64,000 nucleotides of DNA from Halobacteriales archaeon QS_1_68_20 (GTDB lineage Archaea; Halobacteriota; Halobacteria; Halobacteriales; PXRE01). The position numbers and the translations under genes are program-made. Location: the NCBI GenBank assembly GCA_003021085.1, contig PXRE01000009.1:16334-80333 (forward strand), written 5' to 3'. The notes under the pieces were generated by a model. The model was not told where the DNA came from, did no database searches, and saw only the letters and a list, made by a program, of their open reading frames with translations. Positions 29,729 to 40,084 of this stretch are shown one piece after another (the first letter of the stretch is position 1; every line of letters begins with the position of its first letter).

Positions 29729-31033
29729 ATGTACGACCGCCTGAAGGGGTTCAGGGACTTCTACCCCGAGGAGATGGCCGGCCGCCGCCGCGCGATGGAC
29801 GCCGTGGAGGCCAGCGCGGCCCGGTACGGCTTCCGCGAGATCGACACGCCCGCGCTCGAACGCGCGCAGATGTACGCCGACAAGAGCGGCGACGAGATCG
29901 TCGAGGAGATGTACAGTTTCGAGGACAAGGGCGGCAGACACGTGGCGATGACGCCCGAACTGACGCCGACGGTCGCCCGGATGGTCGTCGACAAGGGCCA
30001 GGAACTCAGCAAGCCGATCAAGTGGGTGTCGACGCGGCCGTTCTGGCGCTACGAGCAGGTCCAGCAGGGCCGGTTCCGTGAGTTCTACCAGACGAACGTC
30101 GACGTATTCGGGTCGTCGGCGCCGGAGGCCGACGCGGAGGTGCTGGCGGTCGTCGCGAACGCGTTCGTCGACCTCGGCCTCACCAGCGAGGACTTCGAGT
30201 TCCGGGTCAACCACCGCGACGTGCTCGGCGGCCTGCTGGCGACGTTCGGCGACGACGTCGACACCGAGGCGGGCATCCGCGCCGTCGACAAGAGCGCGAA
30301 GGTCGAACCCGAGGAGTACTACGACCTGCTGGTCGACGCCGGCCTGACCCGCGACCAGGCGAGCCAACTCGACGACCTGCTGAAGGGCGGGGACCTGGAC
30401 GAGATCGCGGCGTTCGCGGGCACCGACCGCGTGCGCGAGGGCGTCGAGAACCTCCGGGCGATCCTGGCGGTGACCGAGGACTTCGGCGTCCGGGAGTACT
30501 GCACCCTCTCGCTGGAGACCGCCCGGGGCCTGGACTACTACACCGGCGCGGTCTTCGAGTGCTTCGACTCCGCGGGGGAGGTCTCCCGCTCCATCTTCGG
30601 CGGCGGCCGCTACGACGACCTGATCGAGAGCTTCGGCGGCCAGCCGACCCCCGCGGTCGGCATCGCGCCGGGGTACGCGACGTTGACGCTACTGCTCCAG
30701 CGCGCCGGCGTCTGGCCGGAGGGCGAGGAGGCCATCTCGACGGACTACTACGTCCTGCAGGCCGGCGACGTCCGCGAGGAGGCCGCCCGGGTCGCCCGTG
30801 CGTTGCGGGAACGCGACCACGTCGTCGCGAGCGACGTCGCCGGTCGGTCCTTCGGCGCCCAGATGGACTACGCCGACTCCATCAACGCCGAGACGGTCGT
30901 CATCGTCGGCGAGCGCGACCTGGCCAACGACGAGGTGACGATCAAGGACATGGAGACCGGCGACCAGACCCAGGTGCCGGTCGAGGACTTCCCGGGCGAC
31001 CGCCAGCGGCCGACCTACGACGACTTCGCGTAG
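29729..31033 (+). CDS. hisS: Histidyl-tRNA synthetase
   Basis: KGFRDFYP, PELT, GRFREFYQ, RGLDYYTG, GGGRYD. Confidence 0.97.
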   Translation: MYDRLKGFRDFYPEEMAGRRRAMDAVEASAARYGFREIDTPALERAQMYADKSGDEIVEEMYSFEDKGGRHVAMTPELTPTVARMVVDKGQELSKPIKWVSTRPFWRYEQVQQGRFREFYQTNVDVFGSSAPEADAEVLAVVANAFVDLGLTSEDFEFRVNHRDVLGGLLATFGDDVDTEAGIRAVDKSAKVEPEEYYDLLVDAGLTRDQASQLDDLLKGGDLDEIAAFAGTDRVREGVENLRAILAVTEDFGVREYCTLSLETARGLDYYTGAVFECFDSAGEVSRSIFGGGRYDDLIESFGGQPTPAVGIAPGYATLTLLLQRAGVWPEGEEAISTDYYVLQAGDVREEAARVARALRERDHVVASDVAGRSFGAQMDYADSINAETVVIVGERDLANDEVTIKDMETGDQTQVPVEDFPGDRQRPTYDDFA

Positions 31034-31093
31034 CGCGGTGGGCCCCCGTCGGCTTCCGGGGCGTTTTTGTGTTCGTTCGACGACCTGTCGCCC

Positions 31094-31453
31094 ATGTTCG
31101 GTGACCTGGTGCAGAGCAAGGGCGAACTCCTGGCGCTGGTGGCGATCCTGACGGCGGGGGGAACGCCGGTCGCCGCGATACTCGGCCTAGGTATCCTGGT
31201 GCCGCTGGTACCGATCGTCGGCTTCGTGCTCCTGCTCCCGTTGATCGCCATCTTCGGCGACCGCCTGTTCGAGGACGACCCCGAATCGGCGGGCGATCCG
31301 CTGGAGGAACTTCGCCAGCGATACGCCCGTGGTGAACTCGACCACGACGAGTTCGAGCGACGGGTCGAACGGCTGATCGAGACCGAGAACGACCACCGGA
31401 CGACGACCGAAATCGGGAGCCTCGAACTCAACAAGGTGGTCGAGACGGAGTAA
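31094..31453 (+). CDS. SHOCT-domain membrane protein
   Basis: Two TM segments; LEELRQRYARGELDHDEFERR. Confidence 0.85.
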   Translation: MFGDLVQSKGELLALVAILTAGGTPVAAILGLGILVPLVPIVGFVLLLPLIAIFGDRLFEDDPESAGDPLEELRQRYARGELDHDEFERRVERLIETENDHRTTTEIGSLELNKVVETE

Positions 31454-31508
31454 CCAGCACTGATCAGTTCCGCCATTCCTTATCAGGCTCCAGGTCCGAA
31501 ACCTGGCC

Positions 31509-32321
31509 ATGCGCGCGTTCCGGGTCGCCTACGACGGCACGGCCTACCACGGCTTCCAGCGCCAGCCCGACGTGCCGACCGTCGAGGACGCGCTGTTCGA
31601 CGCGCTCCGGGACCTGGGTGTCCTGGCGGCCGACGCGGACAAGCCCTCGGGTTTCGCCGCGGCGGGCCGGACCGACGCCGGCGTCTCCGCGCTGGCCCAG
31701 ACGGTCGCGTTCGAGGCGCCCGACTGGCTGACGCCGCGGGCACTGAACGGCGAGCTTCCGGGGGACGTCCGGGCCTGGGCCAGCGCGGAGGCACCGCCGG
31801 AGTTCCACGCGACCCACCACGCCGCCAGTCGGACCTACGCCTACTACCTCCACGCGCCCGACGCCAGCGCAGAGCGAGCGCGCGAGGCGGCGACCAGGTT
31901 CGAGGGGACCCACGACGTGCACAACCTCACGCCGGACGACGAAGGGACCGTGCGGGCGGTGACGGACGTCGCGGTGCGCAGGGACGGCCCCTTCCTGGTC
32001 GTCCGGATGCGGGCGCCCGGGTTCAGTCGCCAGCAGGTCCGCCGGACCGTCTCGGTGCTGGCCGGGGTTGCACGTGACGATGCTGGAACGGAGCGCGTCG
32101 ACGCGGTGCTCTCGGACCGGGAGTTGACCGGCCCCGAGGGGATTCCGCCGGCGCCGGCCGAACCGCTGGTGCTGGTCGACGTCGCGTATCCCGACCTGTC
32201 GTTCGAGCGCGACGAGGAGGCGGCCGCCAGCGCCCGGGCGGTCTTCGAGCGCCGGCGGGTCGACCGGCAGACTGCCGCCCGGGTGGCCGGCGAACTCGCC
32301 GCCGGCGTCGATCGAGGCTGA
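31509..32321 (+). CDS. truA: tRNA pseudouridine(38-40) synthase
   Basis: AYDGTAYHGFQRQ, AGRTDAGVSA. Confidence 0.95.
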   Translation: MRAFRVAYDGTAYHGFQRQPDVPTVEDALFDALRDLGVLAADADKPSGFAAAGRTDAGVSALAQTVAFEAPDWLTPRALNGELPGDVRAWASAEAPPEFHATHHAASRTYAYYLHAPDASAERAREAATRFEGTHDVHNLTPDDEGTVRAVTDVAVRRDGPFLVVRMRAPGFSRQQVRRTVSVLAGVARDDAGTERVDAVLSDRELTGPEGIPPAPAEPLVLVDVAYPDLSFERDEEAAASARAVFERRRVDRQTAARVAGELAAGVDRG

Positions 32322-32340
32322 CCGGCGACGGCTGGACGCG

Positions 32341-32730
32341 ATCCATTTCCGAACCGTCGGTGAGAAAGGGGCAGTTCGGCTCGATCCGGGCGAATCCCGG
32401 ACCGTCACGGCCACCGTCCGACTCGACGAATCGGGCGATCACGTCGTCCGGGCTGACACGGGGTGGGCGAGGAGCGATCCCGTCGAGGTCGTCGTCGAAC
32501 CGGATTCGACGCCGGTCTCGACGGAGTCGCCGGACGGTGGATCGGGGCCGAACGACGCATCGGGATCCGACGACGCGTCGGGTGACGACGCCACGCCGGG
32601 GGCGACCGCGACGGGGACCGCGGCCAGTGCGACAGACGAGGTCGATGAGACCCCGGCAGACGCACCCGGGTTCGGTCCCGTCGCCGTGGTGCTGGCGCTG
32701 ACGGTACTCGGTGCGGCGAGTCGGCGGTGA
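32341..32730 (+). pseudogene. Headless C-terminal fragment of a PGF-CTERM surface protein
   Basis: Frame reads LDPGESRTVTAT...low-complexity linker...APGFGPVAVVLALTVLGAASRR*; no start codon found. Confidence 0.7.
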
Positions 32731-32770
32731 CGACGCCGGCCGTCGACCCACACGCGCCGTCGGGCCAGCG

Positions 32771-34441
32771 CTAGTCGTCGGCCGAGCGTAACCGCAGGAC
32801 AACGACGCTTCCCCGCGGTTCGTTCGGATTGAACTCGAGGTCGCCACCTGCGGCGGTGACGACCCAGTTGATCACCCACAGGCCCAGGCCACTGCCGTGT
32901 TTCAGGGCGGTTTCCGTCCCCCGAAGGAGCGTCTCCTGCTCCATGTCGGGGATGCCGGGGCCGTTGTCCGCGACCGTCAGGCGGACCCAGGTCGTCCCGT
33001 CCTCGACCGTCGAGCGGGTCCTGACCGTCACCTGGGGGTCGGGAGCGTCGTTGTACTCGATCGCGTTCTCGACTGCGTTCCGGACGGCGGCGGTGAGGAG
33101 TTCGTCGTCCGGCGCGAGGACGCCATAGTCGCCGCCCGGGTCGTACCGGAACGCCGCGTCGGGCCACCGTTCGCGGCAGTCCGCGAGGATCGACCGGATC
33201 GCTGCGTCGACGTCGACGACGATGCGGTCGCCGTCGCGTTCGACCAGCGTCGAGTCGATCCGGGACGCCTCCCTGCTGAGGTCCGCCAGGCCCCGGGCGA
33301 CGGTTTCGATGTCCTCCAGCACGTCCTGGCCCTCCTCGTCGACGTGGTCCTCTAGCTGGTCGGCCCACCCGATGATCTTGTTGACGTCGTTTCGGAGGTT
33401 GTGCCGCAGGATGCGGTTGGTGACCTCCATGCGCTGTTCGTACCCCTTGAGTTCGGTCACGTCCCTGAGGGCGACGACGTGGCCCACCAGTTCGTCGCGG
33501 CGGTCGGTGATCGGGGTGACCCGGTAGTCGTGGAATCGCCTCGACCCCCCGACGTCGGTGCTCTCGACCCGGCCGTCGAGGCGTGTCACGTCGTCGACCG
33601 GGAGGTGGTCGATGGCGTCGGCCCCGACCGTGATGCCGTCGGAGAACGCCTCGCGAGCGGTGTCGTTGACGTGGACGACGCGGTCGGCGTCGTCGGTCAC
33701 GAGGATGCCGGTGCCGAACTCCTCGATGGCCCGCTGGCGGGCCTCCGGGCGCAGTTCCAGCAGGTCGAACTCGAACAGCGCGAGGCCGAAGACGACGCCG
33801 GTCAGCGCGAACGTCGAGGAGGTCAGGTCGACGCCGCGAATCGGACTCAGGCCGAGCACGAACGCGACGTTGGCCAGGGTCGGGACGCCGGCCCCGACGA
33901 CGAGCAGGCCGGCCTGTCGGCGGTAGATGGTCGCTTCACGGACGAACACCCACGACAGCAGACTGATTCCCAGCAGGATCAGGAGGTAGGCGTAGACGAG
34001 GTGGGCGAAGAACCCGGGACCGAACGTCATCCCGAGGACGGTCGTCGACTCGCCCTCGAGGTGTAGGGCGGTCCAGATGTATCCGTGCAACGAGTTCGTC
34101 CACGTCAACAGCGTCACGAGGATCGGTTCGACGAACAGGAGGCAGATCCGGCGCCGCGTCAGCGCGGTCCCGAACCCGGCGTACCGCACCGTCAGCACGA
34201 ACCAGACGACCGGGACGAAGGCCCCGAGCGTGAACGTCACCTTCCCGAGGACGATGAGCACGTCCAGTTCCGCGGCTGCGAACTCCGCGGCGTCGGACAG
34301 CGCCCAGACCGCGATGAGGCCCATCAGCACGACGAACGGCTGGCCGAGCGGGTCGTCGCTGTGTTCCAGTGTACTCCAGACTACGACCAGCGAGACCAGC
34401 CCCGCGAGCAGAGGGACGGCAGCGTACCCCGGAGACACCAC
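32771..34441 (-). CDS. Sensor histidine kinase (HisKA_7TM, PAS, HATPase)
   Basis: LRHNLRND, NAVENAIEY, DNGPGIP, HGSGLGLW. Confidence 0.93.
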   Translation of the reverse strand: MVSPGYAAVPLLAGLVSLVVVWSTLEHSDDPLGQPFVVLMGLIAVWALSDAAEFAAAELDVLIVLGKVTFTLGAFVPVVWFVLTVRYAGFGTALTRRRICLLFVEPILVTLLTWTNSLHGYIWTALHLEGESTTVLGMTFGPGFFAHLVYAYLLILLGISLLSWVFVREATIYRRQAGLLVVGAGVPTLANVAFVLGLSPIRGVDLTSSTFALTGVVFGLALFEFDLLELRPEARQRAIEEFGTGILVTDDADRVVHVNDTAREAFSDGITVGADAIDHLPVDDVTRLDGRVESTDVGGSRRFHDYRVTPITDRRDELVGHVVALRDVTELKGYEQRMEVTNRILRHNLRNDVNKIIGWADQLEDHVDEEGQDVLEDIETVARGLADLSREASRIDSTLVERDGDRIVVDVDAAIRSILADCRERWPDAAFRYDPGGDYGVLAPDDELLTAAVRNAVENAIEYNDAPDPQVTVRTRSTVEDGTTWVRLTVADNGPGIPDMEQETLLRGTETALKHGSGLGLWVINWVVTAAGGDLEFNPNEPRGSVVVLRLRSADD

Positions 34442-34588
34442 GGGGCGGCTTGACCCGGGTGGTGCATAGTGGTGTCGGTTCGGTTGCTATTCGGTCGCGG
34501 GTGTGGGCACCGTCGTGCTCCTCGGCCGACCCCGGTACGTCCGACTGAGATGCCAACGTTTACCAGCGACGGATAGTGAAGGACGTGC

Positions 34589-36379
34589 ATGAGTGCCGTT
34601 TCGGAGCGCAGTGAGATCGACGAGGCCTACAAGTGGGACCTCGAGAGCGTCTTCGCGTCGGACGACGAGTGGGAGGCCGCCTACGAGGAGGTCGGGGAAC
34701 TGATCGACGAACTGGGGACCTATCGCGGTCGAGCGACCGAGGACGGGGAGACGTTGCTCGAACTGCTGGAACTGTACGAGGAGACGATGCGCCGGGTCGA
34801 GAAGGTCCGGGCGTACGCCCGGCTGCGGAAAGACGAGGACACTCGCGACCAGCACTACCAGGCGCTGTCGGCCCGGGCACAGTCGCTCGCCAGCGAGGCC
34901 CACAGCGCCGCCAGTTTCCTCGGCCCCGAACTGCAGGAACTGGACCGGTCGGAACTCGAGGATATGATGGCCGAGACCGATGGCCTGGCGGTGTACGAAC
35001 ACTACTTCGACGACGTCCTGCGGATGAAAGAGCACACCCGCTCGGCGGAGGTGGAGAACCTGCTGGCGGAGTTCGGGGAGGTCCTCTCCGGGCCCCAGGA
35101 GGTCTACCAGATGCTGTCGAACGCGGACGTGGAGTTCCCCACGGTCGAGGGGCCGGACGGGGAGGCGGTCGAAATCACGAACTCGAACTTCACGACCCTG
35201 CTGAAGCGGTCCGACCGTGACTTCCGCCGTCGGGTCTACGAGGGGTACTTCGAGACGTGGGCGGACCTCCGGAACACGGTCGCCACGGCCTACGAGAAGA
35301 GCGTGACCGGCGACGTGAAGGTGGCCGGGGTGCGCGGCTACGACACGGTCCGCGAGGCGGCGCTGGACCGCCCCAACGTCCCCGTCGAGGTGTACGACAA
35401 CCTGCTGGAGACCGTCCACGACAACCTGGGCGCACTCCACCGGCACGCGGAACTGAAACGCGAGGCCCTCGACGTGGACGAACTCCGGATGTGGGACCTG
35501 TATACGCCGCTGGCCAGCGACGAGGAACCAACCGTCGAGTACGAGGAGGCGAAAGAGCACGTCGTCGAAGCCGTCGGCGCGCTGGGCGAGGACTACCAGT
35601 CCCGCGTGGCCGAGGGCCTGGAGTCCCGCTGGGTGGACGTCTACGAGAACGAGGGCAAGCGCTCGGGCGCGTACTCCTCGGGCACCTACGACACCCAGCC
35701 GTACATCCTGATGAACTACCAGGACGACGTCTCCTCGATGTTCACGCTGGCGCACGAACTCGGCCACTCGCTACACTCGCAGTTGACCAGCGAGAACCAG
35801 CCGTACGTCTACAGCGACTACGAGATCTTCACCGCGGAGGTCGCCTCTACGGTCAACGAGTCGCTGTTGACCCGGCACCTGCTGGAGAACGTCGATGACG
35901 AGCGGTTCCACCGGCACGTGCTGGACCAGTACCTCGAACGAGTCCGGTCGACGCTGTTCCGCCAGACCATGTTCGCGGACTTCGAGTTGCAGGCCCACCG
36001 GGCCAAAGAGGAGGGCGACGCCCTGACGCCGGACCGTCTGGACGAGATCTACGGCGACCTGAAGGCGGACTTCTACGAACCGGCCGTGCTGGACGACCAC
36101 ATCGCCCGCGAGTGGATGCGCATCCCGCACTTCTTCCGGGCGTACTACGTCTTCCAGTACTCGACAGGCCTGTCCGCGGCCGTGGCGCTGGCCCGCCAGA
36201 TCCTCGACGAGGGCGAACCTGCGGCGGCCCGCTACCGGGAGTTCCTCGAACGCGGGTCGCGGGCCTATCCCCTGGAGTTGCTCCGGGACGCGGGCGTCGA
36301 CATGAGCAGCCCGGGCCCCATCGAGACCGCTATCGACGAGTACGACGACCAACTCGACGAGATGGCCTCCCTGCTGTAG
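34589..36379 (+). CDS. pepF: Oligoendopeptidase F (M3B)
   Basis: YKWDL, GKRSGAYS, HELGH, AEVAS. Confidence 0.96.
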   Translation: MSAVSERSEIDEAYKWDLESVFASDDEWEAAYEEVGELIDELGTYRGRATEDGETLLELLELYEETMRRVEKVRAYARLRKDEDTRDQHYQALSARAQSLASEAHSAASFLGPELQELDRSELEDMMAETDGLAVYEHYFDDVLRMKEHTRSAEVENLLAEFGEVLSGPQEVYQMLSNADVEFPTVEGPDGEAVEITNSNFTTLLKRSDRDFRRRVYEGYFETWADLRNTVATAYEKSVTGDVKVAGVRGYDTVREAALDRPNVPVEVYDNLLETVHDNLGALHRHAELKREALDVDELRMWDLYTPLASDEEPTVEYEEAKEHVVEAVGALGEDYQSRVAEGLESRWVDVYENEGKRSGAYSSGTYDTQPYILMNYQDDVSSMFTLAHELGHSLHSQLTSENQPYVYSDYEIFTAEVASTVNESLLTRHLLENVDDERFHRHVLDQYLERVRSTLFRQTMFADFELQAHRAKEEGDALTPDRLDEIYGDLKADFYEPAVLDDHIAREWMRIPHFFRAYYVFQYSTGLSAAVALARQILDEGEPAAARYREFLERGSRAYPLELLRDAGVDMSSPGPIETAIDEYDDQLDEMASLL

Positions 36380-36592
36380 CGGCAGCCGCTGGGAGCGAGA
36401 CCACGACGCCTGCCGCCCCGGCGGCGGACCGGGAAATCCCGAACGACCATTTATTAGATCGTCGAAAGACTTAAACGAATGAGGCCGACTCAGCCATCAA
36501 TTCCCCGTTCGTCTTGCGGTTTCGGTCGTGTGGCAGGCACTAACGCCTCAACCCAAAGGCACTTTTAGGGTGGGGAGCTAGGACGTGTTGAG

Positions 36593-37816
36593 ATGGCGCG
36601 CAGTCCGTCCCTCCCGGATCGTCCGCGACTCGACCTCGACCCCGACATGTCCGACGAGGAACGGCTGGCGGCCCTGCGGGACCACTACGAAGAGGTGCTC
36701 GAGATTCACGACGAACTCTCCGAGCAACTGAAAGAGGCCCGCGATCGGCGCCGCCAGCTACGGCAGGAGGTCGACCGGCTCGAACGGGAGAACGAGACGC
36801 TGAAGACGACGTCGCTGTACGTCGCCACGGTCGAAGAACTGGGCGACGACGGCGTCGTCGTCAAGCAGCACGGTAACAACCAGGAAGTGCTCACTGAAGT
36901 CACCGCCAAGATGGAGGAGAAACTCGAGGCCGGCGACCGGGTCGCCGTCAACGACTCGTTCTCCATCCAGCGACTCCTGGACCGCGAGACCGACGCTCGC
37001 GCCCAGGCGATGCAGATAGACGAGAGCCCCGACGTAGAGTACGCCGACATCGGCGGCCTCGACGAGCAGATCACCGAGGTCCGCGAGACCGTCGAGCAAC
37101 CCCTCGAGAACCCCGACCAGTTCCGCGAGGTCGGCATCGATCCGCCGAGCGGCGTCCTCCTGCACGGCCCGCCGGGCACGGGGAAGACGATGCTGGCGAA
37201 GGCGGTGGCCAACGAGACCGACGCCACCTTCATCAAGATGGCCGGGTCGGAACTCGTCCAGAAGTTCATCGGCGAGGGCGCGAAACTCGTCCGTGACCTG
37301 TTCCAGGTCGCCACCGAGCACCAGCCCTCGATCATCTTCATCGACGAGATCGACGCAATCGCCAGCAAGCGCACCGAGAGCAAGACCTCCGGGGACGCCG
37401 AGGTCCAGCGGACCATGATGCAGTTGCTCTCGGAGATGGACGGCTTCGAGGACCGCGGCGAGATCCGCATCGTCGCCGCCACCAACCGCTTCGACATGCT
37501 GGATCGCGCCATCCTCCGGCCGGGCCGGTTCGACCGCCTCATCGAGGTGCCCAAACCGGACTTGGAGGGCCGCAAGCGCATCTTCGAGATCCACACCCGC
37601 GACATGAACGTCTCCGACGACGTGGACTTCGACCACCTCTCCCGGGAGACCGAGGGCTTCAGCGGGGCCGAACTGGAGAGCCTGGCCACCGAGTCCGGGA
37701 TGTTCGCGATCCGGGACGACCGCACCCAGGTCCGGTCGGCGGACTTCGAGGACGCCATGGACAAACTGGAGGCCGACGACACCGGCGACATCGTCCCCTC
37801 CGCGGGCTTCTACTGA
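36593..37816 (+). CDS. pan: Proteasome-activating nucleotidase (PanB/Pan2 type)
   Basis: Coiled coil, OB fold, GPPGTGKT, EVQRTMMQLL. Confidence 0.95.
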   Translation: MARSPSLPDRPRLDLDPDMSDEERLAALRDHYEEVLEIHDELSEQLKEARDRRRQLRQEVDRLERENETLKTTSLYVATVEELGDDGVVVKQHGNNQEVLTEVTAKMEEKLEAGDRVAVNDSFSIQRLLDRETDARAQAMQIDESPDVEYADIGGLDEQITEVRETVEQPLENPDQFREVGIDPPSGVLLHGPPGTGKTMLAKAVANETDATFIKMAGSELVQKFIGEGAKLVRDLFQVATEHQPSIIFIDEIDAIASKRTESKTSGDAEVQRTMMQLLSEMDGFEDRGEIRIVAATNRFDMLDRAILRPGRFDRLIEVPKPDLEGRKRIFEIHTRDMNVSDDVDFDHLSRETEGFSGAELESLATESGMFAIRDDRTQVRSADFEDAMDKLEADDTGDIVPSAGFY

Positions 37817-37838
37817 ACGTCGCCCCGTCTCCCCGACC

Positions 37839-37944
37839 CCACTGGCGCCGCGGCGCGTTCGGGCGGTGGCGAACGGGCCGAACATCACGAACCCGACGAT
37901 GGCGGCGTCCACTGGCACCGCGGCGCGTTCGGGCGGTGGCGAAC
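37839..37944. repeat. 36-bp direct repeat x2 (1 mismatch), 34-bp spacer
   Basis: CCACTGGC(G/A)CCGCGGCGCGTTCGGGCGGTGGCGAAC at 37839-37874 and 37909-37944. Confidence 0.85.
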
Positions 37945-37981
37945 CGCAACCGCTTACCGGCCGGGCCGCTCACCGCCGGGC

Positions 37982-38449
37982 ATGGACGCGGTTCGAATCG
38001 CCTGGGGGACCGGGACGGGACCGACCGAACTGGCCGCCTACGACGCGGCGCTGGCCGACGCGAACCTGCAGGACTACAACCTCGTGACCGTCTCGTCGGT
38101 CGTCCCGGCGGGTGTCGAGGTCGAACAGGTCGGGACCGCACCGGACCTCGGGACGGCGGGCGAGCGCCTGCACGTCGTCCAGGCCCGCGCGACCGTCGAC
38201 GGGCCGGGCGAGGTGGTCGCCGCCCTGGGATGGGCGACCGGCGAGGACGCCGGCGTCGTCTACGAGGCCACGGGCGGGTCCGAGGCCGCGGTGCGCGACG
38301 AACTGGCGGCCGGCCTCGCCGCTGGCAGCGAATTACGCGACCGGACGATGGACGAGCGGGAGTTCCGGGTCGTCTCCGCGGATGGGGAACCGGACTGCGC
38401 CACGGCCGCGGTCGTGGTCGCGGCGTTCGGTCGGGGCGACCCGATCTGA
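37982..38449 (+). CDS. pdaD: Pyruvoyl-dependent arginine decarboxylase
   Basis: AYDAALADANLQDYNLVTVSSVVP with Ser-Ser cleavage site. Confidence 0.88.
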   Translation: MDAVRIAWGTGTGPTELAAYDAALADANLQDYNLVTVSSVVPAGVEVEQVGTAPDLGTAGERLHVVQARATVDGPGEVVAALGWATGEDAGVVYEATGGSEAAVRDELAAGLAAGSELRDRTMDEREFRVVSADGEPDCATAAVVVAAFGRGDPI

Positions 38450-38492
38450 CCGGACCTTTATAACCCTCGGGCTATTCTATGTAGCCTATCCG

Positions 38493-38873
38493 ATGAACGC
38501 GAACACCCCGTACGCAGGGCTGCCGGGCGTCACCCCGCCGGGCGAGCGCGCACCCGAGGACGTGTCCGAGGTGACCCCAGAGCAGCACCGTGCCCTCCGC
38601 GAGCACGTCTCCGAGATCGCGTCGCTGACCCGCGAGTACCTGCCCCACGAGTACGCGATCGGCGCCGAGGTCCGCCGCGGCGCGACCGGCCCGGAGGCGA
38701 CCGTCGCCGTCGAACCACCGGTCGGCCACCCCGTCAGCGCCGGCCTCTCGCCCGAACTGAACGACATCGAGGATCTCGACGTCGACGCCAGCGAGGTGGC
38801 CCGCGGCCTGGCCGCGACTGCGGCGTTGCAGGTCAAGCAGGCGATGGACGGCCATGACCTGGCCGCGCGATAG
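38493..38873 (+). CDS. Conserved haloarchaeal protein (DUF5811-like)
   Basis: MNANTPYAGLPG...PPVGHPVSAG...LAATAALQVKQAM. Confidence 0.8.
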   Translation: MNANTPYAGLPGVTPPGERAPEDVSEVTPEQHRALREHVSEIASLTREYLPHEYAIGAEVRRGATGPEATVAVEPPVGHPVSAGLSPELNDIEDLDVDASEVARGLAATAALQVKQAMDGHDLAAR

Positions 38874-38993
38874 GCCGGACCCGGCGGTCCGTTCTGCCTT
38901 CCGTCGCGGATCCGAGTGGCGACGCCGGGTGCCCGCTCGTAATCGCGTAACTGGCCCCCGAGCATTATTGCCCTACGTTGCCTTGTTCCGGAT

Positions 38994-39990
38994 ATGCCCT
39001 TCAGCGTCTCGTGGCACACGCTTCTGGACGAACTCGAAGACCTCCCCGAGGGGTCAACGCTCATCACGCTGCTGTCGCACGACCGATTCCGCGTCACCGA
39101 CGTACAGGAGCAAACGGGTCGTCATCGAGTTTCTGGACCGGGACATCGAGGAGACACGACCACTCCAACGCGACCAGGTCGAGACCCTCTATCGACGCAT
39201 CAGCGACGAGCCGGGCGGCTTCGACCTCGACCGGCTCCCGCCCGATGCCGACCCGTACCCTGCCGTGCTGAGCCTCCACCCGCGCTTCGAGGCCGATGAA
39301 GACGCCAGGGTCATCACCGAAACCGAAGGTCCGACCTCGACACAACTCCTCGAAAGCGAACCCGAGACGGACACTGCCGAGCGCACCGAACCGGACCTGG
39401 ACGTGTATGCGGACGCTCTCCTGCTCGTTGACGCGCTCGAACGCCACGAGGTCGAGGTGCTGGAGGAGATGGACACGGACGCGCTCGTGAACCTCTACAC
39501 CCTGCTCTCGGACGTACAGCGCAACGCCAACGACCTCCGACAGGACGTAGCCGACGTGCTGTTGAACCGGCTCCACCACGACCGCCCGGTGTCCGGTCCG
39601 TTCGGCTCCGTCCAACGTACCACCCGGCGCAATCGGTCGCTCAAGGACGACGAGGAGGTCCTGGAGACGCTCGAAGAGGTGGGTATCGACCGCGAGCGCG
39701 TGCTGGGTGTAGACCGTGATAAAGTAGACGACGCCCTTGAAGTGACAGAGCTGTCTGAATGCGACGTGTACGATATCGAGGAGTCCGAGTACGTCCGGAA
39801 GGCCGAGGTGGACGAGGAACGCAAGGAGACGCGCCTCCAGGGTCTCAAAGACCAGCTTGCGGCCGCCGAAGGCGACGAGGCCGAAGAACTGCGCGAGGAA
39901 ATCGAGGAACTGGAAGGCCGCATCGAGGAACTAACCGAATTCAAGTCCGGGTCGCAGTTTCATACGCGGGCGGGCGCAGGCGGTAAATAA
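38994..39990 (+). pseudogene. Accessory hypothetical protein with frameshift near 39112
   Basis: MPFSVSWHTLL...TDVQEQ joins RVVIEFLDRD if one A is removed from GAGCAAACGG. Confidence 0.7.
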
Positions 39991-40004
39991 GTAAATCCTG
40001 CTTC

Positions 40005-40018
40005 ACTTCCCCCAGAAG
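40005..40018. repeat. att core (left)
   Basis: ACTTCCCCCAGAAG; reverse strand reads FWGK-TGA. Confidence 0.88.
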
Positions 40019-40084
40019 AAGGCGAATCGTGTATACGGACGTCAACACAACTAAGTTGGTGGAGGTGTGAGTATCGGGTAGGCA

